A DNA stretch of 64,000 bases from contig CANCJV010000013.1 in NCBI GenBank assembly GCA_947378425.1, forward strand, positions 2,826-66,825, read 5' to 3'. A program made the position numbers and the translations under genes. The notes under the pieces were generated by a model. It was not told the origin of the DNA. It saw only the letters and a list, made by a program, of their open reading frames with translations, and did no database searches. The stretch is from Synechococcaceae cyanobacterium (GTDB lineage: Bacteria; Cyanobacteriota; Cyanobacteriia; PCC-6307; Cyanobiaceae). Below are positions 25,766 through 35,692 of the stretch, piece by piece (position 1 is the first letter of the stretch; every line of letters starts with the position of its first letter).

Positions 25766-28440
25766 TGGCGAGCGATGTGCTGCTTGCTGCTGATGGCCAG
25801 TGGCCCCGGCTTCTGGCGGAACTGGCCGGCCTGTCGCCGGAGCAGCTGCAGGACCGGCACCAGCCCTGCCCCGCCTGCGGCGGCACCGATCGCTACCGCT
25901 GGGACCGTGACGACGGCCCCGGCGGCTGGTTCTGCAACCAGTGCGGTGGCCGTGAGCGCAGCGGCGGTGGCGGCAGCGGCATCGATCTGCTGCTGCGCGT
26001 GACCGGCTGGGATTTTGCGACCGCCGCCCGGCGGATCGAGGCCCAGCTCGGGCTGGGACAACCATCACCGCCACCGGCCTCGGCACACCCTCCTGCTGCA
26101 GAGCAGGGATCGGAGCCCCATGCCGCCTGGGATGGCCTGCTGGCTTCTGGGCAACCCACACCGCCCCCTTTGCCGGCAGCGGGGTCGACGTTCCAGCTGG
26201 CGCTACTCGATCAGCAGGCAGCGCCGCTATCTACCGGCAGCCCCTACGCCTACTCCGATCACCAGCGCGTCAGCCGCGTTGATCGATCCGGCGGCAAGGT
26301 CTTCTACGCCAACCACCGCACCGACCAGGGCTGGCAGCGCGGCGCCGGTCCCGATCCCTGGCCCATGTACCAGTGGCCAGCCCTGCTGCAGGCCACCGGC
26401 CGCTGGCTGATCGAACTTGAGGGAGAGAAGTGCGCCGATCTGGTGATCCGCGGTGGTTTTCTCGCCACCACCCAACCGGGCCACGCCCACAGCAGCCCCC
26501 AGATCGCCGAGCGCTACCGCGCCCTCCAGCAGGCCGGTGTAGCCGGCATCGTCTATCTCTCTGATCACGATGAGCAGGGCCAGCGTCGCGCCCGCCAAGT
26601 GATCAAGGCCGCAGCCGAGGTGGGCCTGCCGCTGCTGCACCTGCCGGCTGGCGAGATCTGGGCCGGCCTGCCGCAGGGCGGTTCGGTTGATGACGCTCCT
26701 GGCCTACTGGGTGAGCGGATCGGCGTGATTCTTCTCGCTGCACGGGCCGCCTACAGAAGGATGCAAGAAGTGGCCGCCGGCAGCAGCCAGGCTCCCTCCA
26801 AGCCGGCCCCCGCCCCCAGAGCAACACCTGTGGCGCGGCCGTTTCTCTGTCTTGGCTTCGATGGCGACGGCTACTACTACCAGCCCCGCTCCACCGGGCT
26901 GGTGGTGCGCCTGGCATCTTCCTCCCATGGCGGCATGAACCTCTGCCGTCTGGCGCCGCTGGCCTACTGGGAGACCATTTTCCCCTCCAAGAACGGTGTG
27001 AACTGGACAGCCGCCGCATCGGATCTCTTCTGCCAGCAGGCGGCGGTGGGCATGTTCGATGCCTGCAACCTCCGGGGCCGCGGTGCCTGGTGGGACCAGG
27101 GCCGCTCGCTGCTCCACCTCGGTGATCGGCTGGTGGTGGATGGCCGCAGCCAGCCGATCAACGAGGTCTTCCCATCACGCTTCCACTACCAACGAGGACC
27201 GGCCCTGCATGGCCCCGGTGACGCGCCTCCCCTGTCGGATGAAGAGGCCTTCACGGTGCTGGCCATCGCTGAGCGCTTCCACTGGGAGATTCCCGCCTCC
27301 GCCCTGCTGCTGGCGGGCTGGGTGGCCCTGGCCCCCATCTCCGGAGTGCTCTCCTGGCGCCCCCACATCTGGCTCACGGCCGCAGCTGGTTCCGGCAAGT
27401 CCGCCATCCTTGAGCGCTTTGTCGGCGTGCTGCTGGGAGATCTCGCCTTCCCGGTGGTCGGCAACACCACCGAGGCCTTCATTCGCCAGGCCCTGCGCTG
27501 CGATGCCCTGCCGGTGGTGATCGATGAGGCTGAGAGCAACGAGAAGGTGGACCAGCAGCGGATCCAGCAGATCCTCGCCCTGGCCCGCTATTCCTCCAGC
27601 GAGACGCGGGCCTCGATCGGCAAGGGCTCTGCGGCGGGGGAGGTGCAGCGCTTCCAGGTGCGCTCGATGTTCCTGCTCAGCAGCATCTCTACTGCCCTCA
27701 AGCAAGGCGCCGATCGTCGCCGCTTCTCCCAGCTCACCCTGCGCCAACCCACCGAACTGCCTTCGGAGCTGCGGCAGGCCCACTGGGATGGCTTGAACCG
27801 TGATCTCGCTGAGCTGATCACCGAGGACTTCGCAGCACGGCTGATCGCCCGCATCGTTGCTCTGATTCCGGTGATCCGCAGCTCGATCACTGTTTTCTCT
27901 GGGGTGTGCAGCAGGCACTTCCAGTCCCAGGCTATGGGGGATCAGTACGGCGCCCTGCTGGCCGGCGCCTGGGCTCTGCAGTCCTCAAGAGTGCCAACGA
28001 CCGCCGATGCCCAGGCGCTGATCGCCGGGGTCGACTGGAGCAGCTACGAGCAGAGCAACGGCCAGCCGGATGAGCGCCGCTGCCTCAACCGGATCCTGCA
28101 GCACCAGCTGCGCGTTGAAACCGAGGACCGGGTGCTGACGCGCACCATCGGTGAGCTGGTGGAACTGCTCAGCAGTGCCCCTTCCCCGCTGGAGGCGGTG
28201 TCGGGCCGCCATGCCGAGGAGCTGCTCTCCAGACACGGGATGCGGGTCCAGGAGGGAAGGCTGCTGGTCAGCAACACCTCGGAGGCCATCGCCCGGATCC
28301 TGGCCGACACGGCCTGGGCGACCAGCTGGGGCACCATCCTGTCCCGGTTACCTGGGGCGATACCCACCAGCAACCCGGTGCGCTTCAAGGGGGCGGGCGC
28401 CAAGGATCGCGCCTGCAGCATCCCCCTCGACAGCCTCTGA
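25765..28440 (+). CDS. Bifunctional DNA primase / P-loop helicase (P4-alpha-like)
   Basis: It has the primase zinc-binding domain HQPCPACGGTDRYRWDRDDGPGGWFCNQCG and a Toprim-like region (IELEGEKCADL...YLSDHDEQG). Walker A is AAAGSGKSA and Walker B is VVIDEAE. Confidence 0.85.
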   Translation: MASDVLLAADGQWPRLLAELAGLSPEQLQDRHQPCPACGGTDRYRWDRDDGPGGWFCNQCGGRERSGGGGSGIDLLLRVTGWDFATAARRIEAQLGLGQPSPPPASAHPPAAEQGSEPHAAWDGLLASGQPTPPPLPAAGSTFQLALLDQQAAPLSTGSPYAYSDHQRVSRVDRSGGKVFYANHRTDQGWQRGAGPDPWPMYQWPALLQATGRWLIELEGEKCADLVIRGGFLATTQPGHAHSSPQIAERYRALQQAGVAGIVYLSDHDEQGQRRARQVIKAAAEVGLPLLHLPAGEIWAGLPQGGSVDDAPGLLGERIGVILLAARAAYRRMQEVAAGSSQAPSKPAPAPRATPVARPFLCLGFDGDGYYYQPRSTGLVVRLASSSHGGMNLCRLAPLAYWETIFPSKNGVNWTAAASDLFCQQAAVGMFDACNLRGRGAWWDQGRSLLHLGDRLVVDGRSQPINEVFPSRFHYQRGPALHGPGDAPPLSDEEAFTVLAIAERFHWEIPASALLLAGWVALAPISGVLSWRPHIWLTAAAGSGKSAILERFVGVLLGDLAFPVVGNTTEAFIRQALRCDALPVVIDEAESNEKVDQQRIQQILALARYSSSETRASIGKGSAAGEVQRFQVRSMFLLSSISTALKQGADRRRFSQLTLRQPTELPSELRQAHWDGLNRDLAELITEDFAARLIARIVALIPVIRSSITVFSGVCSRHFQSQAMGDQYGALLAGAWALQSSRVPTTADAQALIAGVDWSSYEQSNGQPDERRCLNRILQHQLRVETEDRVLTRTIGELVELLSSAPSPLEAVSGRHAEELLSRHGMRVQEGRLLVSNTSEAIARILADTAWATSWGTILSRLPGAIPTSNPVRFKGAGAKDRACSIPLDSL

Positions 28441-28450
28441 ACCCCCGTCC

Positions 28451-28902
28451 GGGACGCTGGGCGGGACGGCCAGAACCGTTGCGCTGCAAACGATGGGACG
28501 CTGGGACGGTATTGGCTGCATGCCCAGGCCGGCCGCGCGCACGCGTGCCGGTTACCTCTTGGTGCGCCTAGTTGGTCACCCAGCAGGCCCGGGACGCCTG
28601 GGACGCTTGGGACGCTCGCCTTTTGGCTGAAAACGCCTGTGCCGCAATGGATCAGGCGATTTTGGCGCCTGGGACGCTCAGCACACACACAGACCCCTCC
28701 AGAAGACAAAGGAGCTCGGGCAGAAAAACAGTTGCCTAGAGGACCACCAAGCGGTAACCGGATTATTCGGTAGGTCTCTAATTAATTATCTATCTGTATA
28801 TATGGATTTGATTGATTGGGGCCTCCAGATCCCTGTTGCTGCAAAGGTTTTAGGCTGGGACACCCACCGTCCCACAGCGTCCCAGAGCGTCCCACCCGTC
28901 CC
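28451..28902. repeat. Iteron cluster flanking an AT-rich segment: candidate phage replication origin
   Basis: The GGGACG core (extended TGGGACGCT) starts at 28451, 28463, 28495, 28503, 28591, 28600, 28609 and 28671 on the + strand. Inverted copies (cgtccc) start at 28869, 28879, 28889 and 28897. The AT-rich stretch taattaattatctatctgtatatatggatttgattgatt lies at ~28778-28818. Confidence 0.6.
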
Positions 28903-29055
28903 GCCTAGCCGTGCAGCCGCCTATTGCGGCCTGACGGCCACAGGGTCTTGACGCAGGGACCGATTGCACCGAATCTGGATTCATTCATTTCGCGAACCCG
29001 AATTCGTGGTTTTGCTCTTCCTGGCCCCTGATGCGCCCAAGCGGGTGGCCCGACG

Positions 29056-29604
29056 GTGACGGCCGCCCAGGCTGCTGCCGTGCCTCCCCAGGCCGATCCG
29101 ATCGAGGATCTGCGCTTGGCCGCCTCCCTCGAGGACGAGAACGGCCAGCCACTGCTGCAGCCCGAGGGCACCGATCCCTCCCGCCCGATCGGCAAAGGCA
29201 ACCCACCCCGGCGACGTCGCGGCATCGCGAGCAAGAACGCTCCAAGGCCCTCTCGCATGGAGGTGGAGCGGCGGGTGGCGATGGCCCAGCTGTGGGTAGC
29301 GCAGCGCCTGCCGCTGGTGCACATCCGCGAAAACGCTCGAAATGACTGGGGGGTGAGCAACATCACCACGATCAACGCCTACCTCAACACCGCCCGCGAG
29401 CGGATGGTGGAAGAGCTGATTTCTGACCGCCGCCGCCACCAGGCTGAGCAGATCTTTGCACTGAACGACTGCGCCAGGCGAGCCATGGACGCTGAGCAGT
29501 TCAGTGCTGCGGTGGGTGCCTTCCGGGTGATTGCCGAGATCGGCGGGCTGCTGCGGGCCCCCCTCAAGGCACCGGATCCCCATGGGGGCGGGGCCAAGGG
29601 CTGA
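29056..29604 (+). CDS. Putative terminase small subunit
   Basis: The call rests on position (immediately upstream of TerL and coupled to it) and on a basic N-terminal region. No motif was recognised. Confidence 0.4.
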   Translation: MTAAQAAAVPPQADPIEDLRLAASLEDENGQPLLQPEGTDPSRPIGKGNPPRRRRGIASKNAPRPSRMEVERRVAMAQLWVAQRLPLVHIRENARNDWGVSNITTINAYLNTARERMVEELISDRRRHQAEQIFALNDCARRAMDAEQFSAAVGAFRVIAEIGGLLRAPLKAPDPHGGGAKG

Positions 29605-31298
29605 TGGGCCGCATCGCCTCCACCCTCCGCCCCCCGGTTCCCAGCCTGCCCAGTGCGGGTGGGCTGCTGCTGGACCCTGCGACGGACCTCTGGGCTGACT
29701 GGGGCCTGCTGGGTGTTCCCGACCCGGACCGGGTGACAACGATCGACAAACAACGGAAATTCGGTGAGTTCATCCTCCAGGCCTTCCCCAGCTTCCAGTT
29801 CAGCCGCTTCTCCGAGCTGCTGATCGGCCTTCTCCAGCAGGTGGCCGATGGCCAGCTGACGCGACTGATCGTCTGCTGTCCACCGCGGGCTGGTAAATCC
29901 GCTCTTGTGTCGCGCCTGTTTCCCGCCTACTGGGTGAGCAGGCACCCAGAGCTGTTCTGCGCCATTGCCAGCTACTCAGCCGAGCTGGCCTACGCCCACT
30001 CCCGTGAGGCGCGCCACTACTACCGGAGCACCGGTCACGCCCTCTCCAAGGACTCCGCGGCGGTGGGCAACTGGCTTACGCCGCAACGGGGCGGCTGCAT
30101 CGCTGCCGGTGTGCGCGGCCCGTTCACAGGGAAGGGTTACAACCTCGGGATCATCGATGACCCCTACAAGGGTCCGGAGGATGCCAAGTCGGCCCTGCAG
30201 CGCGAGCGGCTGATCGACTGGCTCAAGAGCGTTTGGTTCACCCGCGCTGAACCCGGCCAGAGCAGCGACGGCCAGTGGCTGCCAGCGGCCCAGGTGGTGG
30301 TGCAGACCCGCTGGGACCACCAGGACATGATCGCCTGGCTCCTCGCGCAAGAGTCAGAAGAAAACCCCGAGCACTGGACGGTGCTCAACCTGCCCGCCAT
30401 CGCCGAGCCGATCAGCATCGCGATGCCGATCCCGCCCACCTGCACCCGCGTTCCGGATTGGCGCCAACCCGGTGAACCCCTATGCCCGGAGCGGGTGCCG
30501 CTGGAGGTGCTGCAACGGATCCGTACCCGGCTGGGCTCCTATTGGTGGAACGCCCTGTACCAACAGCGCCCCAGCCCTGCTGAGGGTCTGCTGTTCCGCA
30601 AGGACTGGATCCAGGCACCATTGCCCACCGCACCTGGCCAGCCCCGCCGCTTTGCGCCCCTGGTGCTGAGCTGTGACCTGAGCTTCAAGGACGGCAAGGA
30701 CAACGACGCCTGCGGCTTTGCCCTGCTGGGCTTGCTGGAACCCCAGCGCCACCTGGCGGTAGAAGCGCGGCGGCAGGGTCTGGTGCTGGCCACGAACGCC
30801 GCTGGTGCTCAACGACCCGGGCAGCACCCCGGCGAGGGTGTTAATCACCCTGATCCCTGGGCGGAGCTGCAGATCGAAACGCTCTGGGCCCACCGCCAGC
30901 GGCTTGATCTGCCGGGGGTAATCAAGTTCCTGATGGCGTCTCTCGCCTCCCTGGAGCGCCAGGGCCTCCGCCCCCACGCCGTGCTGATTGAGGACGCCGC
31001 CAACGGCCCGGCGGTCTGCCAGCTGCTGAGGCGCCAGGTACCGGGGCTGATCGCCATTCCGCCCAAAGGCAGCAAGGCCTCCCGCGCCCATGCCGTTGCT
31101 CCCCTGGTTGAGGCGGGCCAGGTGCGCTTCCACCGACGCAGCGAGTCGCTGATCGAGGAGCTGCTGGCCTTCTCGCCCCGCGGCGGGATCGACGACCAGG
31201 TGGATGCCTTCTGCCAAGGGGTGCTCTGGATCGAGGGGCAGTACTGGCGCGGGCGGGGCCACAGCTCGGCGCCGCTGCCGATGGTCTTTAGTCGCTGA
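29604..31298 (+). CDS. terL: Terminase large subunit
   Basis: Walker A-like CCPPRAGKSALV and Walker B-like GIIDDPYK are present. The C-terminal nuclease region reads LIEDAANGPAVCQLL...PKGSKASRAHAVAPLVEAGQVRF. Confidence 0.85.
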   Translation: MGRIASTLRPPVPSLPSAGGLLLDPATDLWADWGLLGVPDPDRVTTIDKQRKFGEFILQAFPSFQFSRFSELLIGLLQQVADGQLTRLIVCCPPRAGKSALVSRLFPAYWVSRHPELFCAIASYSAELAYAHSREARHYYRSTGHALSKDSAAVGNWLTPQRGGCIAAGVRGPFTGKGYNLGIIDDPYKGPEDAKSALQRERLIDWLKSVWFTRAEPGQSSDGQWLPAAQVVVQTRWDHQDMIAWLLAQESEENPEHWTVLNLPAIAEPISIAMPIPPTCTRVPDWRQPGEPLCPERVPLEVLQRIRTRLGSYWWNALYQQRPSPAEGLLFRKDWIQAPLPTAPGQPRRFAPLVLSCDLSFKDGKDNDACGFALLGLLEPQRHLAVEARRQGLVLATNAAGAQRPGQHPGEGVNHPDPWAELQIETLWAHRQRLDLPGVIKFLMASLASLERQGLRPHAVLIEDAANGPAVCQLLRRQVPGLIAIPPKGSKASRAHAVAPLVEAGQVRFHRRSESLIEELLAFSPRGGIDDQVDAFCQGVLWIEGQYWRGRGHSSAPLPMVFSR

Positions 31299-31307
31299 GG
31301 GGTCGCC

Positions 31308-31958
31308 ATGGCACGGGTCATCGCCTGCATCGCCACACGCCTCGACCAGCCCCCCGCGGGGGGGCGGCCCCATGGCGGCCTCTGTCGTGCCAGCCAGCTG
31401 CCCCTGCCGTTTAGGCCGCCCGTGGTGGCGTCCTGTATACCGAGGCAGCAGCGGCTTCCCAAGCCCCCCAGGCCGGCCTGCAGTCAGAAGGCGGTGCAGC
31501 TGGTGCTCGCCTATCCCAGCCGACCGCGCCGCCACAGGCCGGTCAATCCCCACGCTGCTGCCAACGCCCTGGCGCTGCAGCACCGGGACATCGCCCAGAC
31601 GGTTGCGGCCAACATCTCGCGCCGCACCGGCCATCCAAGGGAAGACCTGGAGCAGATCGCCATGCTCGGCATCCTTCAGGCCGCCCGGCGCTTCTCACCC
31701 GAACGTGGATCGTTCCGGCCCTATGCCCGTACCTATGCCAACGGGGAGGTGTATCACTACCTCCGCGACAAGGGCTTTCTGATCAAGGTGCCGGCGAGCT
31801 GGCGGGAGCTGCATGCGCGGGGGCAGAAGTTGCTGAGGCTGGGGTCTGCGCCTGCTGAAGTACCCGAGCGGTTGGGGGTCAGCAGGGAGCGGTGGCGGGA
31901 GATCGCTGGGGCTTGCAGTCAGCGGGTGGTGGCGATGGAAGTTGTGGAGCAGGATTGA
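31308..31958 (+). CDS. Sigma-70-family-like factor with regions 2 and 3 but no recognisable region 4
   Basis: The segment EDLEQIAMLGILQAARRFSPERGSFRPYARTYANGEVYHYLRD matches regions 2.1-2.4, and LGVSRERWREIAG is a region 3-like HTH. The ORF ends where the lower-G+C insert begins. Confidence 0.65.
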   Translation: MARVIACIATRLDQPPAGGRPHGGLCRASQLPLPFRPPVVASCIPRQQRLPKPPRPACSQKAVQLVLAYPSRPRRHRPVNPHAAANALALQHRDIAQTVAANISRRTGHPREDLEQIAMLGILQAARRFSPERGSFRPYARTYANGEVYHYLRDKGFLIKVPASWRELHARGQKLLRLGSAPAEVPERLGVSRERWREIAGACSQRVVAMEVVEQD

Positions 31959-32008
31959 CGACCCAGATCAAGGGCTCGTGGCCGCAGGATTATCCACGCC
32001 GCTGGGCT

Positions 32009-32341
32009 TCATCGCGAGTCCATTTCGTCGAGTGGTTCGACAGCGGGCGTGTCATCGATCCAATAGTGCTCGACGGAACAACTCTTCACGAACGCCTCCA
32101 TTCCGGAAGGGATCACAGGCGTGTTCCATTTCTGCCCCGCGAAGGCAATCAGAGCATCTTCGTTACACCAACGGCTGATCATCGCGTAGGTGTTCGGCGC
32201 CCATCGCGTTGGCATGCCGATCTCGCACGACAGATTGCCAGGCGCTTGCTTTACGGCGTCGACAGACCGAGTCCTAAACCCGGCCTCAAAGGCGGATCGC
32301 GTAACTGGATCGATCTCGACACGAAAGATGCGAATGATCAC
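32009..32341 (-). CDS. Antibiotic-biosynthesis-monooxygenase (ABM/Dabb-fold)-like protein
   Basis: 110 aa. The pattern MIIRIFRVEIDP...YAMISRWCNEDALIAFAG..W...EHYW is typical of the ABM family. Confidence 0.55.
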   Translation of the reverse strand: MIIRIFRVEIDPVTRSAFEAGFRTRSVDAVKQAPGNLSCEIGMPTRWAPNTYAMISRWCNEDALIAFAGQKWNTPVIPSGMEAFVKSCSVEHYWIDDTPAVEPLDEMDSR

Positions 32342-32433
32342 AGGAAGACTGGCGAACGCTGCCCCTGAGTGGCAGGCAAGGATTAAAAGGTGCGGAAGTT
32401 AATCATTGGTGGCCTGTCCACTCAAGGGGTTAG

Positions 32434-33312
32434 CTAGGCCTGCATGCGATGAATGGAGCCGAGCTCTTTCTCAGCTGGCTTAACACCGCTGAGCAGTTCT
32501 CGATAGCCATAGTCATAAAATGCTGGCGGGAAGAGGGAGTGTGTAGTGAGCGTTGTGGCGTCACCAAGCCAGTCAAGGGCTGCTTCGAGTCGAACTCGGA
32601 TAGTCCCCATATGTAGTGGTAGCTGATCACTGACAGGTAGGCCAGCATTGCTCAGCCGACGGACCAAAAGTCCGTGCTGGGCGTGCGGGCGCACAAAGTG
32701 AGATGGAACTGCAGTTCGTAGATCGATAGTCTCGGATCGGTCATCCTTGAAGCGGCCTGGCTTGCCGGGCACTGGAGTCGAGTATGCAGATGCCAGCAAC
32801 AAGACGTAAGCGTACTCTTGATCGACCCGAGGATTAGGTATACGCTTCTCGAAGTGCAGGTACTCTTCAGGCCACCCAACTGAACGAGCCGAGTGACAGG
32901 CAAACCAAAGTGCAATCCAGATGTTGTCGACGACGTCAAGCCAAGTAGTGCGAATGCCGTAATGCTGCAGGAGGGGCTCACGACAGTCAGAATCCACAGC
33001 TCGTAGCGCAGAGCCTTCTGCTTCGATTGAAGTCAGTAGTCTATCTAGAAGCGCCCTTCTCTGAACATTAGGTGACCCATCCTTTATGCCACGCAGCAAA
33101 GTAGGCGATAACGTCTCGTATAGGCGACTTTGACCACGGAAGAAGACCCCCTGCCCGCTCGTCTTTGCCAAGTTGTACTTTAGGTAGCCGGCCGCCTGAA
33201 TCAACGAGTGAGAGGTTGGAGCATCGAATACCTCAAGTCCTGATTCTGCATCGATGGCATGCTTGCCGTACTCGTGAGTTAGCTTGGAGAGAGGGTAAGC
33301 GTGAGATGACAT
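32434..33312 (-). CDS. FRG-domain protein
   Basis: It has the signature VFFRGQSRLYETLSPTLLR and the second conserved block LLQHYGIRTTWLDVVDNIWIALWFA. Confidence 0.75.
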   Translation of the reverse strand: MSSHAYPLSKLTHEYGKHAIDAESGLEVFDAPTSHSLIQAAGYLKYNLAKTSGQGVFFRGQSRLYETLSPTLLRGIKDGSPNVQRRALLDRLLTSIEAEGSALRAVDSDCREPLLQHYGIRTTWLDVVDNIWIALWFACHSARSVGWPEEYLHFEKRIPNPRVDQEYAYVLLLASAYSTPVPGKPGRFKDDRSETIDLRTAVPSHFVRPHAQHGLLVRRLSNAGLPVSDQLPLHMGTIRVRLEAALDWLGDATTLTTHSLFPPAFYDYGYRELLSGVKPAEKELGSIHRMQA

Positions 33313-33554
33313 AGTGGTTGACTTGTAAGTCTAACTCATTCTTCGCTGGTGCCGAGAGCCACGGAGCTCACTACACTCCTGTCCGAGAACCATTTCGGCT
33401 ATGGCGAGGTCGATAGCTAATAGTCCAGCGCGCATAAGGATCCTCAGGCCAGCTCCTCTGCCGATAGCCATGGTTCACGGGTCCGAGAACCACTTGTTCA
33501 ATCTGCCATACAAGCCTCAACAGTCTTGGTGGCAACAGCAAGCAGCTGAGATCT

Positions 33555-35174
33555 TTGTACGTGCATCCAGCCCCCAACCCGAGAGCCCACGCCCCATGGG
33601 CCCTGCACCCCACCCTGAACGCGCTGCAGCCTTCCCTACAGATCACCGCAGACTGCTGGAGCCTCCTCGCCGCCCCTGACGGCACCAGCCGCAAGGAGCA
33701 CTACCTCCCCAAGGGTGAGCGGGAACCGGAGACCGCCTACCGCAAGCGTTTGGATGCCGCCCGCCCCTCAGGCTTTTTCCGCGATGCCCTGCGCACCTAT
33801 GCCGGCATGCTCAGCCGGGGGAGCTGGATCAGCCTCCCCGCCAGCCTGAGTTCCGTGCTCACCGACGTGGATGGGCGGGGCACGGACCTGGGCGTCTTCC
33901 TGGCTGCGGCTGACCTACTGGTCCTGCGCGACGGCGCGGCACTGGTGCTGGTGTTGCCTCCCCAGCACAGCTGGCCCAGCGAGGGGGACCGGCAGGAGGC
34001 CCTACGCCGGGGTGATCGACTGTCGCTGCCCCGGCTTCAGCTGGTGCCGCGGGCGAACTGCCTGAACTGGGAGCTGCCCGTCTCCTACGGCCTGCCGGGC
34101 CGGATCATCTGGCGCGAACCGGTGAACCGGCCGATGGGTGCTGAATCGACCGGGCCAGAGGGTGCGGTGGCTGAGCAGATCACTGCCCTGCTGGGCGATG
34201 CCGACGCCCCCGATCGCTGGCACTACCGCAGCCTGTCGCTGCTCACCACCGGCGACGCCGCCAAGGGTGGGACCGCCAGGGGCGGGGCCGTCACCGGCCT
34301 GCAGCTGGCCCACCACCCGGTCTGCGCTGACCCCCAAGCCACCAGCGGCTGGCGTTGCGATGAGCCCGTCGCCACCACATTTGAGGGGATCAGCCGGCTG
34401 CCGGCCTGCTGGTACACCTCCGATGGTTCGGCCTTCGGGGAGGGGGACCTGCCGCACCTGGGCCTGGCCCACCAGTACCTCAACCACTTCCGCTGCAAGA
34501 GCGAGTACGAGGAGCTGTTGAGCCGTACGGCCCTTCCGGTCGGTGTCCGCAAGGGGATGGTGGACGCCATGGGCAACAGCCAGGCCGGTCCGGTGGTGCT
34601 TGGCCCCAACACCTGCATGGACCTGCCCTCGGACGCGTCCTTCGAGTTCGTCGAGATCCGGGCCCGCTCGCTTGCGGAGCACCGGGCCTGGCTACAGATC
34701 CTCGATGACACCATGCGGCGCGATGCCCTGATCCCCTCTCAAAACCGCGGCGCTGCCCGCACTGAGATGGAGATCAGCCTCACCGCCAGCCAGAGCTATG
34801 CCCTGCTGCAGGCAATGGCGATCCAGAAGGCCTCGCTGTTCTCGACGCTGCTCCAGCACTGGTGCTCCCTGACTGGCGAGCAGCTCACGCCCGGTGCCGG
34901 CCTGCAAGTGACGGTGAGCCCGCTCACCCCGCCGATCCAGCCGCAGCCCCAGGTGAAGGAATGGATCGAGCTGTTCGACAAGGGCGTGATCTCTAGAGAG
35001 GAGCTGCGCCACCAGCTGGCCCTGGCCACGGCCAATGCGATCAGCAGCCCGACTCTCGATGACAGCCCGGCCACCAGGGCCGGGGAGGCCGGAGGCAGTG
35101 GCGGGCCGGCATCGGCCAAGGCACCAGCGGCTGAACCCACGCGGCAACAGGAGGCAGCTGCCCCTGCCACATGA
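33555..35174 (+). CDS. Phage portal protein (DUF4055-type N-terminus)
   Basis: The segment KEHYLPKGEREPETAYRKRLDAARPSGFFRDALRTYAGML matches the portal N-terminal motif seen in DUF4055 proteins. Size and position after the terminase fit a portal. The start is TTG or GTG. Confidence 0.65.
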   Translation: MYVHPAPNPRAHAPWALHPTLNALQPSLQITADCWSLLAAPDGTSRKEHYLPKGEREPETAYRKRLDAARPSGFFRDALRTYAGMLSRGSWISLPASLSSVLTDVDGRGTDLGVFLAAADLLVLRDGAALVLVLPPQHSWPSEGDRQEALRRGDRLSLPRLQLVPRANCLNWELPVSYGLPGRIIWREPVNRPMGAESTGPEGAVAEQITALLGDADAPDRWHYRSLSLLTTGDAAKGGTARGGAVTGLQLAHHPVCADPQATSGWRCDEPVATTFEGISRLPACWYTSDGSAFGEGDLPHLGLAHQYLNHFRCKSEYEELLSRTALPVGVRKGMVDAMGNSQAGPVVLGPNTCMDLPSDASFEFVEIRARSLAEHRAWLQILDDTMRRDALIPSQNRGAARTEMEISLTASQSYALLQAMAIQKASLFSTLLQHWCSLTGEQLTPGAGLQVTVSPLTPPIQPQPQVKEWIELFDKGVISREELRHQLALATANAISSPTLDDSPATRAGEAGGSGGPASAKAPAAEPTRQQEAAAPAT

Positions 35175-35689
35175 GCCAGACCCCCACCGAATCGCCCTAC
35201 CGCTGGCGGGCTGCTGACCTGGAGGGGATTCGCGTCGCCCTCGCTATTCCGGCCCGGATGCCTGCGATCCGGGCGATCAACGACGCCATGTCGGATCTGG
35301 AGCAGCTCTACCCCGATGCCATCCCCACCGCCCGGCGGGAGCTGGATGCCATCAACGCCATCGACACCGAGCTGGCGGGGCTGGGCCCCGAGCAACTGCA
35401 GGCCCCGATCGAGACCCGCCGCAAGGCCGTGGCCGCGGACGTCCTGCCCGATGACGGCACCCTGCCAGTCAAGAAGGCGGACGTGATCGAATTCGACACC
35501 GAGCTGCTGCGGGAGGAGATCACCACCCGCTACGGCGAGGGGCTTTCGATCGAGGCCGCTCTCCGGCGCCAGCGGGGCAGCCATGCCCAGGCGCTGCTGT
35601 TGATGCTTCCCACCCTGGCGAACTGGAGCCGGGATCCCCAGCTCGGCGGCCAGGGCAGTGGGTTCACCGCAGCACTGGAGCGGGGTTGA
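35171..35689 (+). CDS. Hypothetical phage protein
   Basis: 172 aa, with an ATGA overlap with the portal gene. Confidence 0.5.
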   Translation: MSQTPTESPYRWRAADLEGIRVALAIPARMPAIRAINDAMSDLEQLYPDAIPTARRELDAINAIDTELAGLGPEQLQAPIETRRKAVAADVLPDDGTLPVKKADVIEFDTELLREEITTRYGEGLSIEAALRRQRGSHAQALLLMLPTLANWSRDPQLGGQGSGFTAALERG

Positions 35690-35692
35690 ACC

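Noticed and set aside
25255-26161. ORFs 25255-26061 and 25532-26161 (- strand) spanning the divergent control region
   Set aside because: They overlap the helicase N-terminus, the RHH gene and the primase zinc-binding domain on the other strand. Their products are low-complexity.
28451-28902. CRISPR array
   Set aside because: The repeats are only ~9-10 nt, irregularly spaced and present in both orientations. There is no repeat-spacer periodicity and no cas genes. They are interpreted as iterons.
30480-31634. 384-aa antisense ORF over terL and the sigma-like gene
   Set aside because: It lies antisense to a motif-supported terminase. Its composition is typical of spurious GC-rich ORFs.
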